Below are positions 28,286 through 36,135 of a stretch of 57,254 nucleotides of DNA, one piece after another. A program made the position numbers and the translations under genes. The notes under the pieces were generated by a model, which saw only the letters and a program-made list of their open reading frames with translations, searched no databases and was not told the DNA's origin. The stretch is from Halobacteriota archaeon. Its GTDB lineage: Archaea; Halobacteriota; Syntropharchaeia; DAOWMC01. The stretch is taken from contig JAXHTJ010000002.1 of assembly GCA_034190245.1 (NCBI GenBank), positions 1 through 57,254 of the forward strand. Reading direction: 5' to 3'. Within the stretch, counting starts at the first letter, position 1, and each line of letters begins with the position of its first letter.

Positions 28286-29831
28286 TTATACATACCATCC
28301 CTTCAATTTCTTCTAAAACCGCATCTGGGTTAGTGAAGTATGATTGAACGACGCTCGAGAAATCTTTGTAGTTTCTGATCTCTCTCTCAACCATATATTC
28401 CAGAATTTTGTGCCTGTTCAGAAGCTCCATATCCAGTTCATCCCAGCTCCATCCCCTCTGCTCCATGATATCTCTTAGAATGTATGACTCACTAGGTCTT
28501 TCGTAAGTATCCGAGACCGGGTCCCACCGGAATACCTCATTGATTCTAATATCGTCGCTTCCTGGTTCAAATCCGAGAAACTCAACTATTGATTGAGCAC
28601 GCCTGACACGTTTTCCCCCCACATATGTCATTATCTGAATTGACATAAGATTCAACGACTGGAGCATGGCTCTTGGAACGTTGATCGGATCGTTCTCCAG
28701 GCGACTTATCGCCTCCTCAACACTTCCGGCGTGCATCGTTGAATAGGTGGTGTGTCCTGTCGACATAGCCTGAAACAACGTGAGTGCTTCACTGCCTCGC
28801 ACCTCACCAACGATCATGTACTCCGGACGTTGCCTCAATGCCTGACGGAGTAGTTCGTACATACCGATTTCGCCTTCACCACCCTTCGCAAACGATTCTC
28901 TTGTAATGCTTGCGATCCAATTCTCGTGATGTAACGTAAGTTCATGTGTATCCTCTATTGTTACGATCTTTGACATCGGCGGTATGAAGAGTGATACTGC
29001 ATTGAGACTCGACGTTTTACCCGAAGCCGTTCCACCGACAAATATGAGGCTCCTGTTGTTCTCTATTGCAAGCCACAGGTAAGCAATCGCTTCCAGAGGA
29101 AATGTATTGAAATCGATTAGATCGACCGGAGTGAACGGCTCTTCCCTGAATTTTCTGATCGTGAAAGATCCACCGCGAAGTGTAACCTCCCTTCCAAGGG
29201 ATGCCTGTAGCCTGGAGCCATCCGGCATCGTGGCATTCACGAGCGGATTACCAATCGATATGTGCTTGCCACTCTGTTGAGCAATATTTATTATAAAGGA
29301 GTCGAGGTGCTTCTCGCTGAAGACTATATTTGTCTTGATGTTCTGGTATCTTCTGTGGTACAAAAATATGGGTACATCAGTTCCATCACAGGATATATCT
29401 TCTATAAATGGATCCCTTATCAGTGCATCTATCCTCTTAAATCCGATATAATTCCTCTGTATGTAGTACAACAATTTATAGAGTGATTCCGGTGCCAGAC
29501 GTAGTCTGAAGTTACCAACGATCTCAAGCACCTTCTGCGTAAGAAGACTCTTTTTGTTCTCATCTTTTTCCAGTGTCAGAACGTCCAGTAGATCTTCATA
29601 TATCCTCTCAAGCAGCGTCTTCTCAAATGATGTTAGCTTCGGCTCAGCAACATAGTACAGATACTCCTTCTTATTCTCGTTGTACAGGATCACGATGAAT
29701 GCATAGGGTTCGTTGACCCAATACTGTTCTACTTCGGTGTAGCCCTCCAATCCATCAAAAACCGTCAGTTTACCGTCCTCTTCTGGATTATAGGGTGGCA
29801 GATAAAACTCTTTTTCAACTCTTCGGGGCAT
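28278..29831 (-). CDS. FlaI/ArlI-like type II/IV secretion family ATPase
   Basis: Walker A is FVGGTASGKTSSLN, Walker B/Asp box is MIVGEVRG, and the His box is TGHTTYSTMHA. The N-terminal domain is FlaI-like. Confidence 0.85.
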   Translation of the reverse strand: MPRRVEKEFYLPPYNPEEDGKLTVFDGLEGYTEVEQYWVNEPYAFIVILYNENKKEYLYYVAEPKLTSFEKTLLERIYEDLLDVLTLEKDENKKSLLTQKVLEIVGNFRLRLAPESLYKLLYYIQRNYIGFKRIDALIRDPFIEDISCDGTDVPIFLYHRRYQNIKTNIVFSEKHLDSFIINIAQQSGKHISIGNPLVNATMPDGSRLQASLGREVTLRGGSFTIRKFREEPFTPVDLIDFNTFPLEAIAYLWLAIENNRSLIFVGGTASGKTSSLNAVSLFIPPMSKIVTIEDTHELTLHHENWIASITRESFAKGGEGEIGMYELLRQALRQRPEYMIVGEVRGSEALTLFQAMSTGHTTYSTMHAGSVEEAISRLENDPINVPRAMLQSLNLMSIQIMTYVGGKRVRRAQSIVEFLGFEPGSDDIRINEVFRWDPVSDTYERPSESYILRDIMEQRGWSWDELDMELLNRHKILEYMVEREIRNYKDFSSVVQSYFTNPDAVLEEIEGMVCISE

Positions 29832-29853
29832 TAGATGGTAATTTTATTGAACT

Positions 29854-29886
29854 AATATATATACTACATGGCCATAAATCACGTAT
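29854..29886 (+). promoter_or_regulatory. Palindromic TATA (TATATATA, 29856-29863) between divergent operons, plus the AAATCACGTAT box (29876-29886); motif copy D
   Basis: The minus-strand ATG (29831) lies 24 nt from the TATA and the plus-strand ATG (29891) lies 27 nt from it. Neither has an SD, which is consistent with leaderless divergent transcripts. Confidence 0.35.
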
Positions 29887-29890
29887 ATTT

Positions 29891-30787
29891 ATGGGCATAA
29901 GGTTAATTATACTTACCATTCTTAGTACAACTTTGGTGATCGAATTTATATTACATAGGACCCCAACCGGGATTGATTCACTTGATTCTGTCATAGGGGG
30001 TGGGTTCCCATCGGGATCACTTGTGTTGCTTTTAGGAGATGCCGGTGCTGGTAATTTCGAATTTGCATACACATCTGCAATCATGATATCCAATCTAAAA
30101 CGCAAGAACAATGGGCATTCAGAAGACGATGAACTGAAAATTCCCGAAAAAGTCTGCTATATCTCATTCACAAAGTCAGAAGCAGATATAATGGGGGAGC
30201 TCACACGTATCTTCAATCCCCAGGATGTCGATATTCTATTAAAAAATTTGTCTTTTAAGGATTTATCCACCATCTATCACCATCACTCCATCACACCACC
30301 TACATGGATATCGGAGCCGGAGAAGCAGACCCTGACTTCTATTAAAGGTAACAATCTCGGTCTTCTGGAAGAACTTATAACATATTTAAATTCGAATGCC
30401 GCAAACAGCCTTGTGATTCTTGATTCACTAACAAACCTCGTCAGGGCCTCTTACAGCTCGATAGAATGGCAGGACCTGATATCATTTTTTGAGGGTCTTC
30501 AGAGGGTTTCCAAGAGATGGGATGGAGTTATTTATGCAATCCTCGGTGCAAAGATACTCGATGAGAATAAAGAGTCTGAACTCGCTGATTGTGCAGATGG
30601 TGTACTGATCTTTGATTGGATGCAAAAAGGGGAATTTTCAAGGCAACAGATCATGTATGTCAAGAAGTTCAGAGGTCTCCTGCCCCAACTGACGAAGGAC
30701 AACATATCCAAATTTGAGACGAGTGTCACCATACCGAATGGATTTGAGATGAAGAATGTGAGGCTAATAAGGGGGCACAGTAGATGA
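29891..30787 (+). CDS. KaiC/RecA-superfamily protein with a degenerate Walker A and an N-terminal hydrophobic segment
   Basis: PTGIDSLDSVIGGGFPSGSLVLLLGDAGAGNFEF has no GK[ST]. A Walker-B-like strand reads SLVILDSLTNL. The N-terminus is IRLIILTILSTTLVIEFIL. The ORF-track start at 29795 overlaps the divergent ATPase gene, so I use the ATG at 29891. Confidence 0.6.
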   Translation: MGIRLIILTILSTTLVIEFILHRTPTGIDSLDSVIGGGFPSGSLVLLLGDAGAGNFEFAYTSAIMISNLKRKNNGHSEDDELKIPEKVCYISFTKSEADIMGELTRIFNPQDVDILLKNLSFKDLSTIYHHHSITPPTWISEPEKQTLTSIKGNNLGLLEELITYLNSNAANSLVILDSLTNLVRASYSSIEWQDLISFFEGLQRVSKRWDGVIYAILGAKILDENKESELADCADGVLIFDWMQKGEFSRQQIMYVKKFRGLLPQLTKDNISKFETSVTIPNGFEMKNVRLIRGHSR

Positions 30788-31473
30788 AGAGGGTTGGAAC
30801 AGGGATAACAGGGGTAGATAAGATGATAGATGGAGGCATCCCCGAAGGGCACATAGTAGCGCTCGTTGGGCCTTTTGGTGCCGGAAAAACGACCTTTGCA
30901 CTCCAATTCATAAGGGATGGACTCATAAATGATCAAAGCTGCCTTTATATTAGTCTGGAAGAGAGCGATGATAGACTCCTGAAGACTGCACTCAATTACG
31001 GGTGGGACTTAAAACCATATGTTGATAGCGAAAAATTCTCGATATTCAAAGTCGAAGCCGCCGATATAACAAACTCGTTAATACGCCTTGAGAGCACCTT
31101 TCCTACCATGATAAAATCCACAGGGGCAAGTAAGGTAGTAATAGATCCAATTACTCTCTTTGAGATGTTATTCGATGATGAAGCAAAGAGAAGAAAGAAT
31201 GTCTTCGACCTGTTAAAGATAATAAGCGATACAGGAGCAACTACGCTGATCACATCGGAAGTTAATAAGGATCGGACCGGTTCCCGGTACGGATTGATTG
31301 AGTACGTTGTTGACGGTGTCATCATATTACATAAGATCAGGGATGAATTCCGCAGGGTGCACCACGCCATCCAGATAGACAAGATGAGATGGTCAGATCA
31401 CTCAAAGGAGATAAAACCGTATGAGATCACGAAAGAAGGGGTAGAAGTTTATATGAAGTCGAAGGTATATTGA
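30784..31473 (+). CDS. Single-domain KaiC-like ATPase (ArlH/FlaH-size)
   Basis: GITGVDKMIDGGIPEGHIVALVGPFGAGKTTFALQF carries an intact Walker A, and VVIDPITLF is the Walker B. It is 229 aa and its start overlaps the stop of the upstream gene (ATGA). Confidence 0.8.
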   Translation: MKRVGTGITGVDKMIDGGIPEGHIVALVGPFGAGKTTFALQFIRDGLINDQSCLYISLEESDDRLLKTALNYGWDLKPYVDSEKFSIFKVEAADITNSLIRLESTFPTMIKSTGASKVVIDPITLFEMLFDDEAKRRKNVFDLLKIISDTGATTLITSEVNKDRTGSRYGLIEYVVDGVIILHKIRDEFRRVHHAIQIDKMRWSDHSKEIKPYEITKEGVEVYMKSKVY

Positions 31474-31483
31474 GGGGAGAAAG

Positions 31484-32083
31484 ATGAGTCAGATGATGGA
31501 TGATGTACTATACAGTAAGATCGAGATGGCTCTGTTCAGAAGTCATCTGGAAGCGATCGTATCGGTCACAATTGCATCCGCAGATATCTTAAGCGCGGAT
31601 ATGGCACTGCTCAAGTTTTTAGTCAAGGATAAGAAGATGAAGGGATCCATCATCTGCGTGGATCGCGATTATAAACAGATGGAGGAGCTGGCAAAGAGTA
31701 TTGATCTGGGAGGTGATGATCTCTATTACATCGATGCTGTAACTTTATACAATGGCAAAAACCCGGACGCAAGTGCAAGTGACAAAACTGTCTTTATAGA
31801 CTCTCCTTCGGATCTCACATCGATGGATATTGCCATTACTGATATGATAGAGAAACTTGAGAATGGTTTCTTATTGTTCGATTGCCTTTCGTCTTTAAAA
31901 CTGTATAACGATTCAAAAAAGCTCGGAATATTCATGCATGACCTCGCCTCAAAACTGAGACTGTATGGTGTATTCGGCGTAATTTTACTGATAGAAGAAG
32001 ATTCTGATACCTGGCTGCACAGCATAATCAAGGCTTTTTGTGATAAGAATGTCGTTTTAAAGACGGGTAGGGATATAACATGA
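31484..32083 (+). CDS. KaiC/RecA-like pseudo-ATPase, DUF835-like (no P-loop)
   Basis: It is collinear with the C-terminal domains of the 36136 and 39657 proteins. Examples: GSIICVDRDY matches PGLCISRKNS, and IDSPSDLTSMDIAITDMIEKLENGFLLFDCLSSL matches IHPDDLFTKLQSTLINFIKEANDSVILLDGLEYL. The P-loop position reads IASADILS. Confidence 0.45.
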   Translation: MSQMMDDVLYSKIEMALFRSHLEAIVSVTIASADILSADMALLKFLVKDKKMKGSIICVDRDYKQMEELAKSIDLGGDDLYYIDAVTLYNGKNPDASASDKTVFIDSPSDLTSMDIAITDMIEKLENGFLLFDCLSSLKLYNDSKKLGIFMHDLASKLRLYGVFGVILLIEEDSDTWLHSIIKAFCDKNVVLKTGRDIT

Positions 32084-32760
32084 CCGGCACGATAGAAAGA
32101 ATACCATCCGGAATCCGGGGACTCGATGAGATGATCGAGGGGGGATTTCCTTTTCCTTCGACCATACTCGTTGCTGGTGGCACCGGTACTGGTAAGACAA
32201 CACTCTCGATGCAGATTTTGTTTGAAAGCGTCAAAAAGGGAGATAAATGCATCTATTTTTCGACGTTTAGCGAATCGTCTAAATGGACTTTGAAATTCTT
32301 ATCAGGTTTTGATTTTATAAATGAAGAGCTTACAAATGAGATTGAGTTCGTGGAGCTTGGGGTCTATATAAGGGCTGCACGCTCTGTTGAAGAGATACTT
32401 GACGTGGTGGAGAAGAAGATCGAGATGACGAAGCCCAAAAAGATAATCATAGATCCGATATCGATAGTCGGCGATATCCTGAAAAAAGATCATTATAGAA
32501 CTTTCCTGTATGATCTGACCACGCTCACCAAGAATCAGGATGTACTCACGATACTGACCGGAGAGATGCTGCCTGACTCTACATACCCACCAACACTTGC
32601 ATTTATATCGGATGGTGTGATCCTGCTTTACTATGACGTTGAGGGTGAGAAGAGAAGGCACCGCATCGAGATTTTAAAGATGAGGGGCACGAATCATTAT
32701 ACAGGAAGATATCCTTTTGAGATAGATAAGAGTGGCCTAACAATCTACCCGACTAAGTAG
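32080..32760 (+). CDS. Single-domain KaiC-like ATPase
   Basis: IPSGIRGLDEMIEGGFPFPSTILVAGGTGTGKTTLSMQ carries an intact Walker A, and IIIDPISIV is the Walker B. It is 226 aa and its start overlaps the stop of the upstream gene (ATGA). Confidence 0.8.
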   Translation: MTGTIERIPSGIRGLDEMIEGGFPFPSTILVAGGTGTGKTTLSMQILFESVKKGDKCIYFSTFSESSKWTLKFLSGFDFINEELTNEIEFVELGVYIRAARSVEEILDVVEKKIEMTKPKKIIIDPISIVGDILKKDHYRTFLYDLTTLTKNQDVLTILTGEMLPDSTYPPTLAFISDGVILLYYDVEGEKRRHRIEILKMRGTNHYTGRYPFEIDKSGLTIYPTK

Positions 32761-34717
32761 TATCATCATCACTTGTTACAGGTAGTGATACAAAGAATTT
32801 GGATCCAACGCCCTCCTCTGATTCTACCCATATCTTTCCATTGTTCCTACTCAATATCTTCGATATGAGGCTCAGTCCCAGACCTTCGCCTTCAACAGTA
32901 CTTTGGCCGACCCTGTGAAATATTATGAAGACATCTTTCAGATGCCTCTCTGGGATGCCGATTCCATTATCTTCAACACAGTATACGACCTGATCACCCT
33001 CTCTTACCCCTGTGATCTTGATAAATCCCTCTTTTTCAGGATCACGGTATTTCAGTGCATTGTCTACGAGGTTGGAAAATACCTGATTGATCTGTACAGC
33101 GTCACCGACACAGGGGGGCAGTTCACCAATCGATAGATTCATCCCTGCCTCTTTTACCCTGAACTCAAAGCTCTTTTCGATCTCGGATAACATCGAGTTC
33201 ATATCAAGATCCTCAAACTCAAGGGCTGCGCGTCCAAGCCGTGAAAGACGAAGTAGTCCACCAAGAAGTGTATCCATCTTGAGTATGCTCGTCTGGATGA
33301 ACTCCAGTGTTTCAGGAATATCCTCTTCGAAGATGGGTTTTAATTTATTCTGAACCTCTGGCGGAACCTGATCATCATTCAACAAAGAAGACAGTTCCTC
33401 CATAGAATATTTAAGCTCCTTGCTGAAGCCCTGGACATTCAAAAGAGGTGAGCGAAGGTCATGTGATGCGACATAGACGATCTGCTCCAATTCCTTATTC
33501 TTTTCATAAATCTCTTCATTTAGCCTTTCACGTTCCTTTTCTGCACGTTTGCGCTCGGAGACGTCCCTGATAAAGACCAGATCGGCTGGCCTGCCTTCCC
33601 GTTCAATCATGGCCATATTTACATCTGTATATAAGATTTTACCGTCTTTTCTTATAAACTCCAATTCAAGATGGGTGGGTGCATTTTTCCCTTTTTGTCT
33701 GCTTTCATAATTCTCTTTAACCCGATCTTTAAAATCTGGCGATACAAAATTTAGTAACTTCTCTTCCTCGAGATCCTCAATTTCATAACCAAGCATTTTT
33801 GCCATCATGCTATTTGCAAATTTAAAACTCCCATCCTGTATGATCACTATACCGTCGTTTGCCCTCTCAACGAGATTTCTGTACTTCTCTTCCGACTCTC
33901 GAAGTGCCTCTTCCATCCTTTTGATCTCAGTGATATCCATCCCCATACCCACAAGATATAGCCTCTCGGAGATAATGGTCCTCAGACCGGTGAAGAAATG
34001 TGGAATCTCATTTCCGCTCTTTGCTGTAAGCTTTGCCTCTGCAGTGGCTTCGCCCTTCGCAACTACTTCTTGTAGCTCTTCTGCCATGATTTTCTTCTCT
34101 TCTCCGCTGAAAAAATCGAGAATATTCATATTCTTTATCTCTTCGTGAGAATAACCTGAAATTTTTTCGGCATTCTTATTCCACCGTAAAAGTTGCCCTT
34201 TGTTATCAAAGAGATAAAAGACCCCTGGCAAGCTGTTTATCACAGAATCAGAAAATTTCTTCTCCATCAATAGATCCTCTTCAACCCTTTTGCGTTCAAT
34301 GGCATATTTGGTTGTCCGCGAAAGTAGGTCTCCGTCCACATGTCCTTTGACTAGGTAGTCCTGTGCCCCCTCCCGCACCGCCTCTGTGCCGATGGATTCA
34401 TCATTAAGACCTGTTAGAACTATAATCGGCATTTCCGGTGCGTGAGTATGCAACCTTACGAATGTGTCAAGCCCCCAACTGTCAGGGAGTCCAAGATCAG
34501 ACAAGACTACATCAAAATATTCCTCATCGAGGATTTTAAATGCCTCTCTTAAACTTTCAATCTGGATTACATCGAACTTGACAGTGCCAGCCTCTATAAG
34601 CATCTCCCTTATCAACCTTGCATCTCCAGGGTTGTCCTCAATCAAAAGAATTCTAATTGGCTTCTCAATCTTCTCAGTCTCAACTACAGTGCTCTGCATC
34701 CTAACCCCCTTCCCCAA
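32753..34717 (-). CDS. Hybrid sensor histidine kinase (REC-PAS-PAS-HisKA-HATPase)
   Basis: The REC domain reads ILLIEDNPGD...VLSDLGLPD. Two PAS domains are followed by the H-box ASHDLRSPL, the N-box FSNLVDNALKY and the G-box DNGIGIP...GEGLGLS. Confidence 0.85.
   Translation of the reverse strand: MGKGVRMQSTVVETEKIEKPIRILLIEDNPGDARLIREMLIEAGTVKFDVIQIESLREAFKILDEEYFDVVLSDLGLPDSWGLDTFVRLHTHAPEMPIIVLTGLNDESIGTEAVREGAQDYLVKGHVDGDLLSRTTKYAIERKRVEEDLLMEKKFSDSVINSLPGVFYLFDNKGQLLRWNKNAEKISGYSHEEIKNMNILDFFSGEEKKIMAEELQEVVAKGEATAEAKLTAKSGNEIPHFFTGLRTIISERLYLVGMGMDITEIKRMEEALRESEEKYRNLVERANDGIVIIQDGSFKFANSMMAKMLGYEIEDLEEEKLLNFVSPDFKDRVKENYESRQKGKNAPTHLELEFIRKDGKILYTDVNMAMIEREGRPADLVFIRDVSERKRAEKERERLNEEIYEKNKELEQIVYVASHDLRSPLLNVQGFSKELKYSMEELSSLLNDDQVPPEVQNKLKPIFEEDIPETLEFIQTSILKMDTLLGGLLRLSRLGRAALEFEDLDMNSMLSEIEKSFEFRVKEAGMNLSIGELPPCVGDAVQINQVFSNLVDNALKYRDPEKEGFIKITGVREGDQVVYCVEDNGIGIPERHLKDVFIIFHRVGQSTVEGEGLGLSLISKILSRNNGKIWVESEEGVGSKFFVSLPVTSDDDTT
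32778..33556. repeat. Direct repeat copy 1 (779 bp), covering the kinase-core coding region
   Basis: Base-by-base comparison with 34760-35538 (offset 1982) found only two mismatches, at 32809 and 32869. Confidence 0.9.
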
Positions 34718-34719
34718 AA

Positions 34720-35769
34720 TTATTCATAATTCTTACGCCCTTCTTTTTTATCGATAACAACAGGTAGTGATACAAAGAATTTGGATCCCACGCCCTCCTC
34801 TGATTCTACCCATATCTTTCCATTGTTCCTACTCAATATCTTCGATATGAGACTCAGTCCCAGACCTTCGCCTTCAACAGTACTTTGGCCGACCCTGTGA
34901 AATATTATGAAGACATCTTTCAGATGCCTCTCTGGGATGCCGATTCCATTATCTTCAACACAGTATACGACCTGATCACCCTCTCTTACCCCTGTGATCT
35001 TGATAAATCCCTCTTTTTCAGGATCACGGTATTTCAGTGCATTGTCTACGAGGTTGGAAAATACCTGATTGATCTGTACAGCGTCACCGACACAGGGGGG
35101 CAGTTCACCAATCGATAGATTCATCCCTGCCTCTTTTACCCTGAACTCAAAGCTCTTTTCGATCTCGGATAACATCGAGTTCATATCAAGATCCTCAAAC
35201 TCAAGGGCTGCGCGTCCAAGCCGTGAAAGACGAAGTAGTCCACCAAGAAGTGTATCCATCTTGAGTATGCTCGTCTGGATGAACTCCAGTGTTTCAGGAA
35301 TATCCTCTTCGAAGATGGGTTTTAATTTATTCTGAACCTCTGGCGGAACCTGATCATCATTCAACAAAGAAGACAGTTCCTCCATAGAATATTTAAGCTC
35401 CTTGCTGAAGCCCTGGACATTCAAAAGAGGTGAGCGAAGGTCATGTGATGCGACATAGACGATCTGCTCCAATTCCTTATTCTTTTCATAAATCTCTTCA
35501 TTTAGCCTTTCACGTTCCTTTTCTGCACGTTTGCGCTCTGTAATGTCCCTAAACAATAGTAGATTTGATGCTATTCCTTTGTAATTAAAGTCACCTACGG
35601 CATTGAGTGCATCCAACAGCAATCTAATTTGATCTTCATAGTAATCAATCAGCTCGATTGATTCCTTTCTGCTTTCTGGCACATTCTCTTTTTGTAAAGG
35701 AGTATTATCGTCCTGATTTTCAAAAATGGTTGAATGTCCCGTTTTGAACATCTTTTCTAATGTCTCCAT
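34720..35769 (-). CDS. Histidine kinase with a short unique N-terminus and a duplicated kinase core
   Basis: From ERKRAEKERERL to FFVSLPV the C-terminal part is identical in protein sequence to the 32753 gene. The N-terminal roughly 85 aa are unique. Confidence 0.8.
   Translation of the reverse strand: METLEKMFKTGHSTIFENQDDNTPLQKENVPESRKESIELIDYYEDQIRLLLDALNAVGDFNYKGIASNLLLFRDITERKRAEKERERLNEEIYEKNKELEQIVYVASHDLRSPLLNVQGFSKELKYSMEELSSLLNDDQVPPEVQNKLKPIFEEDIPETLEFIQTSILKMDTLLGGLLRLSRLGRAALEFEDLDMNSMLSEIEKSFEFRVKEAGMNLSIGELPPCVGDAVQINQVFSNLVDNALKYRDPEKEGFIKITGVREGDQVVYCVEDNGIGIPERHLKDVFIIFHRVGQSTVEGEGLGLSLISKILSRNNGKIWVESEEGVGSKFFVSLPVVIDKKEGRKNYE
34760..35538. repeat. Direct repeat copy 2 (779 bp)
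   Basis: See copy 1. The identical antisense ORFs in the track (32903-33136 = 34885-35118; 33087-33353 = 35069-35335) are by-products of this repeat. Confidence 0.9.
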
Positions 35770-36043
35770 TTTTTATCCTCCATTGTATGTTTAAGTTTCT
35801 AAAAACATGCCTCTCCAACAATTAAGAGATAAGTATAATTTTACGTCTGACTGTTTACTTTTCATCAGCTTGCACTCGGATTCTGATCTTTTAAGTTCAG
35901 TAACCCCTTTGGGGTATTTTTTATTTCAAACATTTCATTTAAAAGTCGGTTTTTTTACGTCCATCGTTTATCCAATCCCCCATTAACATTGTATTTTCAT
36001 TCATCGCTGGTTCTCTGTTTAAGTGATATTAACCCCCACAATA

Positions 36044-36081
36044 ATACGGGATTTATGAACACATATATATACATTTTGACC
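36044..36081 (-). promoter_or_regulatory. Shared promoter-like motif, copy A
   Basis: The minus strand reads GGTCAAAATGTATATATATGTGTTCATAAATCCCGTAT, followed by a leader homologous to that of copy B (GTATTATT..GGGGTTA...GGGGATTGGAT..ATGGAC). Confidence 0.35.
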
Positions 36082-36135
36082 GTCAATTACCAGATCCAAT
36101 GCAAAATTTCATAATTTGAGATAATTGAGAACGGC

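Noticed and set aside
29795-29890. ORF-track start at 29795 for the first KaiC-like gene.
   Set aside because: It would overlap the divergent FlaI-like start codon and run across the shared TATA box. The ATG at 29891 sits at the expected distance from the TATA.
24011-32760. Interpretation as a canonical archaellum (fla/arl) operon.
   Set aside because: The locus has no small archaellin genes and no FlaF/FlaG/FlaC-E/FlaX homologs. The pilin-like protein is 743 aa, and there are four KaiC-like genes instead of one.
29891-32760. Interpretation as a KaiABC-type circadian clock.
   Set aside because: All four proteins are single-domain (199-299 aa), not double-domain KaiC. There is no KaiA or KaiB, and two of the four lack a P-loop.
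32903-35335. Pairs of identical 77-aa and 88-aa plus-strand ORFs (32903-33136 = 34885-35118; 33087-33353 = 35069-35335), which could look like a repeated gene or mobile element.
   Set aside because: They are antisense by-products of the 779-bp kinase-core duplication. There are no terminal inverted repeats, transposase or target-site duplication.
35903-35922. Hairpin ACCCC-TTT-GGGGT followed by ATTTTTT on the plus strand, resembling an intrinsic terminator.
   Set aside because: The stem is only 5 bp. The orientation is opposite to all surrounding genes. It lies inside the presumed leader of the minus-strand kinase transcript, so I cannot support calling it a terminator.
35935-35964. 9-codon ORF (MDVKKPTFK) at the position equivalent to the 46-aa sORF downstream of motif copy A.
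   Set aside because: It is too short and has no similarity beyond the first two codons. I treat it as a decayed remnant of the sORF cassette, not a gene.
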